Of a stretch of DNA of 64,000 bases, positions 1 to 7,715 are shown piece after piece. The position numbers and the translations under genes are program-made. Source of the DNA: Veleropilina oligotropha (taxonomy: Eukaryota); the NCBI GenBank assembly GCA_048128005.1, contig JBEUKZ010000008.1:186001-250000 (forward strand). Reading direction: 5' to 3'. The notes under the pieces were generated by a model. It was given only the letters and a program-made list of their open reading frames with translations. It did not search any database and had not been told where the DNA came from. Each line of letters starts with the position of its first letter. The first letter of the stretch is position 1.

Positions 1-614
1 TAACTGTGGTAGTGGGCAGCTTCACCGAACATCTGCGACGTTATAGGGACCACCGCGAGAATATTGCTCGGGGCGCCGTCCTTCACATTGTGTGTTGTGC
101 TGAGCTGCTCCAGATGGACGTGTAGGGTCAAGCCTGCAATGGCAAACCCTACCGGCTTGTCCACGTCATAAGTCCCGGGGTGTAGCCACTCGGATCTCTC
201 CGGGTGAGGTCGGCCCCGTACTCCTCGAAGGGGTGGGTGCGGATTCCCCGATTTATCGAGAATAAACGACGATAGATGTAAGCTGAGGAGCTTCCGTATA
301 TCGTCGCTTATCGCGAGTCGAGTCCCCTCTGGGACCACGACTCGGGCGAGTCCCGTAGCATGGCTTACATCTAGCTGTATGGTAACTAGCGACCTCTCCA
401 TTGTCTTGGCGAGGGAATCGAAGCTGTAGAAACCCGGTGCTACCTCCACCGTGGTATTGGGGGTTTGGAAGAAGGCTCCTGCGTGTACGTTGTGCCACCC
501 GACCCAATAGTCGAGCGAGCGCAGGCCGACGCATAGCTTGCCGTCCCGGTTATCTATCGGTTGCAGGAGGGCAACCACAGTCCCCTCTTGAACACTCGTT
601 AATGTGTGGAACAT
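1..614 (-). CDS. Putative minor capsid protein (penton, single jelly-roll), 3'-truncated by the window edge
   Basis: Translated by hand from the ATG at 614: 204 open codons to the edge (MFHTLTSVQEG...VGLRSLDYWVGWHNV...VEVAPGFYSF...LHVHLEQLSTTHNVKDGAPSNILAVVP...FG). The beta-rich pattern resembles Polinton pentons. It is absent from the ORF track because no stop is reached. Confidence 0.7.
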   Translation of the reverse strand, partial: MFHTLTSVQEGTVVALLQPIDNRDGKLCVGLRSLDYWVGWHNVHAGAFFQTPNTTVEVAPGFYSFDSLAKTMERSLVTIQLDVSHATGLARVVVPEGTRLAISDDIRKLLSLHLSSFILDKSGNPHPPLRGVRGRPHPERSEWLHPGTYDVDKPVGFAIAGLTLHVHLEQLSTTHNVKDGAPSNILAVVPITSQMFGEAAHYHS

Positions 615-618
615 AGCT

Positions 619-1914
619 ATGGCTAAGAGCCCCTTCGCTTTCAATAGGAGTGCGGCCTATCCGACCGGTGTGGTGTACCCAGCAAAGATCAAAGATGAGC
701 AGCTTACAAAACCACGCGTCATTGTCTCCTCGTCTGAATCTCCCCATCCTGCATTCGGGGCAGACTACCCTGACGTCTTTCAAAAATACCGCCTCCCTCA
801 CGTCGCGAGTGATCGGCTAATACGGGATTGGAACAGCACGCCCATGCGGTTTTGGCAGAACAAGGTAAACTTCGCAGTCTGGTGTGCCACAACAGGTTCC
901 GGGATCTCCTCAGAAGACCACTTGAATGCGACCGACCCCCTCTCCAGAGCCGTATTCACCTTCCACGTCTACTATCAGGTCAGAAGGGTACTGACCGAAA
1001 TTCAGGCGCCGCTGCCACAAGACAGGACGTGGGATGCATTCGACACCCCATATGATCGAAGGGCATATGAGAAGATCTGCAGCGAGTTTGGAGTGTCTCC
1101 ACATACCGACTGGCGTGTCAAGGGTCCCAACGGCGGACTAGGCACCGCTTTTAGCTACTGGACGAACAACGGCTACCACCCCATAGGACGTGAGTACGAT
1201 CCCAGTCGTATGTCATTCACGAAAGGGACCACCAACACGAATCTGCACGTGGACTACATCGCGCAAGCGCCTGCGCTTACAGACGGATGGGCTTCGTTTA
1301 TTCTGGACACCTCGGCGGGGTTTACGAGGGCCGGCGTGGAAAGGCTCAATGATTCCATCAGGACCTACGTCTGGGCTATTCTTGGAGCGCAGGCTCAAAC
1401 GCGTGCAAGCATACTGGGTAGTGGGACTGCCTTTGACGCGCAGAAACAGTTCCTGGCGAAAGTGGAAGACGCCATCGCATCGCCAGTGGACCTCCCAGCA
1501 GCAATCAAACGGTACCAGGCTGTGTTGCAGTATGCCATGTCCAAGGTGGACTTCGTCTTCGGCGTAGGCCTTTATATGGCGCCAAGTGACATGCTCCTGC
1601 GAATAGGGCGAGTGGCTGGGTATAACAACGAAATCGTCGTTGCTACGGAAGACCAGACACTAGGTCTTAATACGACCGTCAATGCGGCCAGTGTTCCACC
1701 CGACGCCACTGGGGATACTGGAGAATCAGGACTGGTCATTCCCCAAGATGCAGTCTTACGGGCAGATGCTCCGAAGCATCCAAACGATGAGGCCGGGGCA
1801 GCTGTTTCAGCCGCGGGGGCTGCCTCACATGACGAGGAGAAAACCGCACTTATCGTGGGTGGCGTTGTCGTTGGCCTAGCGTTTATTTGGCTGGCAGCAC
1901 CCCAAACTGGCTAG
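619..1914 (+). CDS. Viral protein of unknown function, 431 aa, with C-terminal transmembrane anchor
   Basis: Intact long ORF with ATG at 619. Internal FWQNKVNFAVWCATTGSG block; ends in hydrophobic ALIVGGVVVGLAFIWL. Confidence 0.8.
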   Translation: MAKSPFAFNRSAAYPTGVVYPAKIKDEQLTKPRVIVSSSESPHPAFGADYPDVFQKYRLPHVASDRLIRDWNSTPMRFWQNKVNFAVWCATTGSGISSEDHLNATDPLSRAVFTFHVYYQVRRVLTEIQAPLPQDRTWDAFDTPYDRRAYEKICSEFGVSPHTDWRVKGPNGGLGTAFSYWTNNGYHPIGREYDPSRMSFTKGTTNTNLHVDYIAQAPALTDGWASFILDTSAGFTRAGVERLNDSIRTYVWAILGAQAQTRASILGSGTAFDAQKQFLAKVEDAIASPVDLPAAIKRYQAVLQYAMSKVDFVFGVGLYMAPSDMLLRIGRVAGYNNEIVVATEDQTLGLNTTVNAASVPPDATGDTGESGLVIPQDAVLRADAPKHPNDEAGAAVSAAGAASHDEEKTALIVGGVVVGLAFIWLAAPQTG

Positions 1915-3190
1915 CGACCATAAGAAGCAAGCCCCCCACAGATATAATCACAGCCCACAGGTTCTCAGCAAGCCACGACGCAGTCTTGCCAACCAGGTTG
2001 ATTAGCCAGGAAATCAGGCTTCCAAGTATTCCTGGGAGTGCGGCAGCCGCCTTCCCTGCTAGTTTGCCCAGAATCCGACCCAGGGTCCGCAGATGCTTTT
2101 TTACCCACTCCTTGATGCCACCACCACTGGAAGGTGGTGGTGGTTGTGGTATGCTCGGCGCGCCGCCTGTTAGGGCTAGTACCAAAGTCGAGATGGACAT
2201 ACCAATCGCGGTCAGTATAGTCACGATCGTGACCCCCTGCTCGTGGAACAGGGTCCGGACGCGCTCGGCCAGCGTTGTGTCTGAGTGGAGAATCCGAATT
2301 ATCATCTCTCGGATCCGGCTGATTTGAGAGCGAAGGGCATCCCGGCTTGATGAGGCTGCCTCTAGGCGAGCTTCTCGTTCATCCTGTAAGTTGCGAAGAC
2401 GTTCCGCGATTCGTCGACGAACGAACTCCTCCACACCCCCCCCCCCTTCATCTGCCTGATCGAGCTTCCTCGTCTCCAGCTCTATGTGTTCGTCCAGCGC
2501 CGTTAGTTTGGCCAGGTTGTTCGTGAGCTCGCCTCGGATTGTCTGCATCGCCTTGTCAAGCCCGCGAAGCTCACGAAGATTTAATGGGGGGTCCCCCATC
2601 GTGCTCAAGATCTCGTCAACCTTGGTGTCTGTGAAAGTCGTCTCCATTTTGTGGATTGCTTCTGATGCGTCATTAGCGGTTCGCCCCAAGTCCCGCAGTT
2701 CTACGGTGTCTACATTGGCGGCCGCACCGCTCAACTCATTGTCGGCTGTCTGAAGAGCTGCAACGGCTTTGGAGGACCGCCTTTTTTTCTCCCGCTTACA
2801 GTCTACAAAACCCAACCCCTCCCTGATCGCTTTACCCCCACCTTTCCGGCTAGCTAGTGTTGACAGCGCCTTTGGTCTACCGTCTATAGTGAGATCGATG
2901 TCGGGGTAGTCCGTCATCACCAATATTTTCCCCACGTACTTGAACTGGGAATAATCTCGCCCCGTGGCGGGGGTTTGCCCCTCCCGTGCCAGGGCGTCGT
3001 AGTAGTCATCAACCGCGTCCTTCACGAGCTTTTGCTGCTGACTGCTGGTTCCTTCCTGTGGCGCCGGCATAAACTGGTTGGTGGATCTATCCACATCAGT
3101 ATCGTCGATGATGGTATCATCGTTGTCGATGAGATCATCGTTGTCGATGAGATCATCAGGCTCGAATGCGGGGTTCAGGAATTCCGCCAT
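1883..3190 (-). CDS. Viral coiled-coil protein, 435 aa, with C-terminal hydrophobic/amphipathic helices (candidate membrane-active virion protein)
   Basis: Likely start is MAEFLNP at 3190; the track's extension to 3832 is antisense to the MCP. Acidic N-terminus with a DDLIDN repeat, a long heptad-rich helical region, then VTIVTILTAIGMSISTLVLAL, LPGILGSLISWLINLV and LWAVIISVGGLLLMV. Confidence 0.78.
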   Translation of the reverse strand: MAEFLNPAFEPDDLIDNDDLIDNDDTIIDDTDVDRSTNQFMPAPQEGTSSQQQKLVKDAVDDYYDALAREGQTPATGRDYSQFKYVGKILVMTDYPDIDLTIDGRPKALSTLASRKGGGKAIREGLGFVDCKREKKRRSSKAVAALQTADNELSGAAANVDTVELRDLGRTANDASEAIHKMETTFTDTKVDEILSTMGDPPLNLRELRGLDKAMQTIRGELTNNLAKLTALDEHIELETRKLDQADEGGGGVEEFVRRRIAERLRNLQDEREARLEAASSSRDALRSQISRIREMIIRILHSDTTLAERVRTLFHEQGVTIVTILTAIGMSISTLVLALTGGAPSIPQPPPPSSGGGIKEWVKKHLRTLGRILGKLAGKAAAALPGILGSLISWLINLVGKTASWLAENLWAVIISVGGLLLMVASQFGVLPAK

Positions 3191-3241
3191 TTGAATACAA
3201 ACGCTTAGATACGCATCTAATTCAGCCATAGCGACAACAAC

Positions 3242-4522
3242 ATGGCCAGCCTGTACGGACGCACGCTCGATCCATACCGCAGACTGCGAGAGCCCCTCGG
3301 GGTCAAGGGTATCTGACAGTCGGTCACCATTACGAACAACCCATCCACTATTGCCGCAAACCAGCAGCTGTTGGTTCGGTTCCCTAATCTTGGGGCTCAT
3401 GACGTGATCGTTCCAGGGACGGCCCACCTCGCATTTACCATCTCCCTGACCTCGGCTAACCCAAACCGGACCGTAGTTCAGAATATTGGCCGTGCCGTGG
3501 TTAAGAAGACCGCGATCAAGATTAGCGGCAACGAGATCATGTCTATAGACGACTCCGACGTGTATCACTGCTACTGCGACCTCTGGAAGACACCACAGGA
3601 ACGCAATAGCGCCCAATACCAGGGGATTGACACCAGCGATGGACAAAACACTAATAAGCATCGTGTTGGCGCGGCAGACGCCTTCAGAGTGTCTGAGGAT
3701 GTGGCCATCTCGGCCGCTTACGGGCCCCGATTCCGCATCCCGTTGGATTTCGAGTTGCTGGAAAGTCATATGCCGTTCTACCAGAGCGCGCTTGGAGACA
3801 GGCTCGAGTATGAGCTCACGTTCAACGACCATTCACGGACTATCAGGGATACGGACGACCCCGGTTCCAGCTACAGCATCGACAATATCTGCCTGGAATA
3901 TGATATGGTTACCCAGGTAGAACTGGCCAGGCTGATTCGCAACCAGTACTCGGGCCGCATCGCCATCCTCTACGACCGTGTGCTCCGGCATCGTAAGCTC
4001 ACCCGGGACAAGAGTGACACGCTGTGGAATCTTAACCTGAACGTACCGGCGAGGTCCGTGAAAGGTATCCTACTTCTGTTTGAGGATCCCGCGAGAGACG
4101 CCGCACCATTCGCGAGGGACACCGAGGCCTTCTACAACCCGAAAATCACCAAGGTCGAGGTCACCATTGAGGGAGTCCCGAATCAAATCTACAGCCAGGG
4201 CATGCGTTCATACCAGGTGTGGGAAGAAGCCAAAAAACTGTTCGCCTCCAATCCGAGCAGCAAGCGGCATCCTGAGGTGGCACTGGTGGCCAAGGATTTG
4301 GCTTTGGCAGACGTCACACTGGGCGGGTTCTTAACGAAAAAGTTCGCCCTATGGATAGACCTGCGGGTAACCGACGACGATCAGCTGCATGGGTCAGGCC
4401 GGAGGATAGAGAACGCCAGCGAGGTCATCACCATCCAGATCACTAAAACAGGCGAGGCAGCCGGCCCGTTGAACGTTTACCTGTACGTGATCATGGACGC
4501 GCAGCTGAACATCGAGAATGGC
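3242..4522 (+). pseudogene. Major capsid protein (double jelly-roll type), with an in-frame TGA at 3314-3316 and no stop before the next gene
   Basis: ATG 3242 reads MASLYGRTLDPYRRLREPLGVKGI*QSVTITNNPST and continues in frame into the track ORF (VRFPNLG...RFRIPLDFELL...YSIDNICLEYD...YNPKITKVEVTIEGVPNQ...FALWIDLR...LHGSGR...YLYVIMDAQLNI). About 427 codons, with size and beta-strand pattern typical of Polinton-like MCPs. Confidence 0.8.
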
Positions 4523-4606
4523 CTGATGTTGCTGCTACTCGCTACATTGTGGTACTGGATTTACAGTTATATTAGACCGGCGAGGCGATGTTGGAAACGC
4601 TTCAGG

Positions 4607-5254
4607 ATGGACAGCCTTCTCGACCAACTCATGGACGACGAACAAGAAACGACCGTCACCGGCCCACCCCGCTCGACGACCCCCCGGGGCTGCTTGCAGC
4701 ACGAGGAACCTGAAAGTTGCGTAGCAAAAAAGCGGGAGAGGCTTGCGGCCTTAGCCATTGGAGGGGGGGCCCACAAATACTTGGGGAGCAACCTCACAGT
4801 TGACCGGATCGACGCGATGACCGACGAAGAGATTGACAAGCACCACGCAAGGTACGAAGCCAAGCTCGGTGCCGAAATGACGAAAACCCTGGGGACTGCA
4901 GCTATTCATCTCTACGCGAGTGCAGCGGGGACAGTCTTGCCAATTTCGCCAGATAACCAGCTACGACTTATCGCCGACCTGGAGGCCGACCCTTTCATCT
5001 CACACGCGCTGTGCACTGCAAGCTGTGAGCTGTATCACAAATACGGCATGTACCTCGCACCGCTGACCGCAGCGTTGACCACGGCTAAGCACTGCCAATT
5101 TGGACATGTTTGCCCGCCTAAGATACCAGAGCGAGGGCGAGATCAAGATGACAACGCTGGAAGTGGACCAAATTTCGGCTCCGAGCCCGCCGATAGAGAG
5201 GGTGACCCAGCCGATAGAGAGGGTGACTTCTTCGACAGACTCATCAGTGAGTAA
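4607..5254 (+). CDS. Viral hypothetical protein (helical, 215 aa), currently in frame with the MCP
   Basis: ATG at 4607 (MDSLLDQLMDD...KRERLAALAIGG...YHKYGMYLAPLTAALTTAKHC). Composition switches abruptly from the beta-rich MCP. Confidence 0.65.
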   Translation: MDSLLDQLMDDEQETTVTGPPRSTTPRGCLQHEEPESCVAKKRERLAALAIGGGAHKYLGSNLTVDRIDAMTDEEIDKHHARYEAKLGAEMTKTLGTAAIHLYASAAGTVLPISPDNQLRLIADLEADPFISHALCTASCELYHKYGMYLAPLTAALTTAKHCQFGHVCPPKIPERGRDQDDNAGSGPNFGSEPADREGDPADREGDFFDRLISE

Positions 5255-5709
5255 AAAGGACCCTAAGAAGGTGGCTGCGGGTCGGGCCGGTGCTGCTGCT
5301 CGGAAAGCCAAGCAGGAGAGGCTCCTTGCTGACGTTAGAAGACTCAAAGAAGATGCTCGACAAGTATCCGTCAGCGAAGTTCCTTCAGACCTACCGGAGG
5401 CAAAGCCCAAACACAGTGGTAATACCCCCCCCCCGGGCCGAGGTGACCGCGGTCGAAAAGGACGTTCGCGCCGTACAGTCAGCTACACGGAAATCGGACC
5501 CATTTAATTGGACCCATGGACTCTTCGCTGCAGGCGGGGTTGCGTTGCTATTTCTTGTCTGGAAACGCAGCAGTGGTTCCTCCACACCACATCAACAGCC
5601 ACCAGCGCCGGCGAGGCAGCCTACCACCCCAAGGGCCTACCTCACCCCGGCCCACCCCACCACCACCACCGAATTGGAGACTAGGCCCAACCCTTTTGAT
5701 ATGCCATAG
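5148..5709 (+). pseudogene. Viral basic protein with C-terminal TM segment, frameshifted at a C10 run (5425-5434)
   Basis: ATG 5148 reads MTTLEV...KKDPKKVAAGRAGAAARKAK...NTPPP. Removing one C joins it to RAEVTAVEK...GLFAAGGVALLFLVWKR...NPFDMP* in the 5290-5709 frame. Confidence 0.6.
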
Positions 5710-5721
5710 TAGCAGTACAAC

Positions 5722-5961
5722 ATGACTACCCCGATTACTGATGGAAAAATGCTCGGCAATGCCGTCTATCATTCGGCCATAGTGTCTGGCCTTGCCATCG
5801 GCTACTCACGCCTGACAAAGATGGTATTCCAGGGGCCAAGCCCCAAACTGGACTTCACTGGTTATGATGTCGGAATGGTGGTCCTCGACGTAGCGCTCGC
5901 CATGGCGACGAAGGACGTGCTGATCAAGCAAGGCATCATCCCGGCCGACGTTTTGAAGTAG
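5722..5961 (+). CDS. Small hydrophobic viral protein (79 aa)
   Basis: ATG-initiated and tightly packed in the co-oriented gene run; two hydrophobic helices (AVYHSAIVSGLAIGY; VGMVVLDVALAMA). Confidence 0.68.
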   Translation: MTTPITDGKMLGNAVYHSAIVSGLAIGYSRLTKMVFQGPSPKLDFTGYDVGMVVLDVALAMATKDVLIKQGIIPADVLK

Positions 5962-5991
5962 TGGGACCTGCTAGATAATCGCAGCATTTCA

Positions 5992-6423
5992 ATGGCTTCC
6001 ATTGCGATGCTGGTTGGGGGCGCTCTCGTCAACGCCCTCGCCTTCAGCGGGTCCAACTTCCTATTCTCGAAGCTACGCAGCTCCGGTGTTGATGAGGAGC
6101 GTAAACGCCACGACAAAGCCATAGAGCAGCTCCAGGCCACTCAGACTAAATGGTCCCAAAAGCGGGCAGAGCGTCTCGATTGGCTTAACGTTGAACTTCG
6201 CTGCCAGGGTCATGCCGTTGGCACTTTCCGGGATGTTGACGCCGCGATCCGTGAGTATGCCTTGATCACCGGCAAGAACCTCGACCCCGGTTTGGGGGGT
6301 GGCCCTGAGCCCCAGCTGTCTGACTACTACACGCCGGGCGAAGACCAGAAGGGACGTGAGATCACCTTCGTCATCCTTGGGATGGCTGCGACCGGGTTGG
6401 TAGCCTACAAGCTCCTACCCTAA
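5992..6423 (+). CDS. Viral protein (143 aa) with hydrophobic N-terminus, coiled coil and C-terminal TM
   Basis: MASIAMLVGGALVNALAFSGSNFLF...EERKRHDKAIEQLQ...ITFVILGMAATGLVAY. Confidence 0.72.
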   Translation: MASIAMLVGGALVNALAFSGSNFLFSKLRSSGVDEERKRHDKAIEQLQATQTKWSQKRAERLDWLNVELRCQGHAVGTFRDVDAAIREYALITGKNLDPGLGGGPEPQLSDYYTPGEDQKGREITFVILGMAATGLVAYKLLP

Positions 6424-6460
6424 TTTCCAGTGGACATTTTTTTCGCCGGGGGCACATATA

Positions 6461-6733
6461 ATGGGGCTCCCAGAAGAGCTGTACTCCGCTATGCTAGAGG
6501 TGGGCCTTGCCGCCCTTGGTACTACGTCACTCGACTCCTGGCGGCGCAACGAAAAGACTATGGTGCGGTTCGCGGTCATGGTGCTCTCGGGCCCGACCAA
6601 CATACGGGCGACGACTGGGCAGCTTCCGGAGCCGGTCGCTGAAGCCTGTTGGAGACTGATCACGCTGCTGGAATACCTCGCAAGTCTCGATGGCAGCGAA
6701 GACCGGCAAAAGAACTCAGAAGCTTGTGAATAG
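6461..6733 (+). CDS. Possible small viral ORF (90 aa)
   Basis: ATG start; fills the gap before the integrase; no recognisable motif. Confidence 0.4.
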   Translation: MGLPEELYSAMLEVGLAALGTTSLDSWRRNEKTMVRFAVMVLSGPTNIRATTGQLPEPVAEACWRLITLLEYLASLDGSEDRQKNSEACE

Positions 6734-7715
6734 CTACTATAGCCCCCGAGGCTACTGGAAGGGGATCGCCGCGATACAACATCTCTCGGCCGCAGTAGAT
6801 GTCTCTGAAGACGTGGCCCGGGATTGGCTGAAGAAGCAGGCCATCTGGCAAATGTATTTACCCGCGCCACGGCACATTCCAAGACCAAAATTCGACGTCG
6901 TAACGCCAAACGAGGTTCACCAAGCCGACCTCCTGTTTCTCCCACATGACAAGGTCGGCCGTAAAACGAACAAGTATGCGCTTACGGTTGTCGACGTGGC
7001 CTCACGCTACAAAGAGGCTGAGCCTCTGGCCACAAAAGAGGCCAAAGGGGTTGCTGAAGCTCTGTCTCGAATCTACAGGCGGAGTCCTCTTAGCTGGCCG
7101 AAACTGCTTCAAGTCGACCCAGGGAGGGAGTTTATGGGCGCGGTTTCCCAGCTGCTGGCTACACATAACGTCGAGGTTAGGCGTGGCCGTGTGGATCTCC
7201 ATCGCGACCAAGGGATCGTGGAGCGCTTCAACCGGATGCTCGCTGAGCGGCTCTTCGGGCACCAGTATGCAAAAGAGATGCGTTTTGCAGGGTTTGCAAA
7301 AGAGGGACAAAGGTCGACTGAGTGGGTGGCCAGGCTGCCCGCCGTTGTTGCGGCCTTGAATGGGGAAGTGACCCGCCTCACCGATAAAAAGCCCAAGGAC
7401 GCCATCAAGGCGCCTCGCGTTGCACAAAATCCATCTTCCACTGTTCCAGGCTGACAGGGGAAGGAACAGAAACTCCCCTCTGACGTAGATGTTCGCTACC
7501 TATACCAACCCGGTGAGTTGGAGGGTGGTCGCCGGCGAGCGACTGACCCGGTGTGGTCTTTGACAGTTCACCGGCTTGGACGCTCCATCACTAAACCTGA
7601 CGAGCCTGTGCTCTACTACTTGCTTGATGGACCACCGCATGGGTTTGTTCGTGAGGAACTGCTCGTGGTGCCTCGTGACACCCAGCTGCCGCCGGTTGGA
7701 GTTCTCAAGCGTTGA
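6690..7715 (+). pseudogene. Retroviral-like (rve, DDE) integrase of Polinton type, with one in-frame TGA at 7452-7454
   Basis: Catalytic triad in HQADL / LQVDPGREF / QGIVERFNR, plus YALTVVDVASRY. The frame continues after the stop (QGKEQKLPSDVDVRYLYQPGELEGGRRRATDPVWS...GFVREELL) into track ORF 7518-7715. Confidence 0.9.

Noticed and set aside
3191..3832. N-terminal 214 aa of track ORF 1883-3832
   Set aside because: Antisense shadow of the MCP gene; the plausible start is the ATG at 3190.
3371..5254. A single 627-aa protein starting at TTG 3371
   Set aside because: The true start appears to be ATG 3242, upstream of a premature stop, and the C-terminal third looks like a separate gene.
6690..7715. 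LTR retrotransposon or retroviral pol
   Set aside because: Stand-alone integrase with no adjacent gag, RT, RNase H or LTRs.
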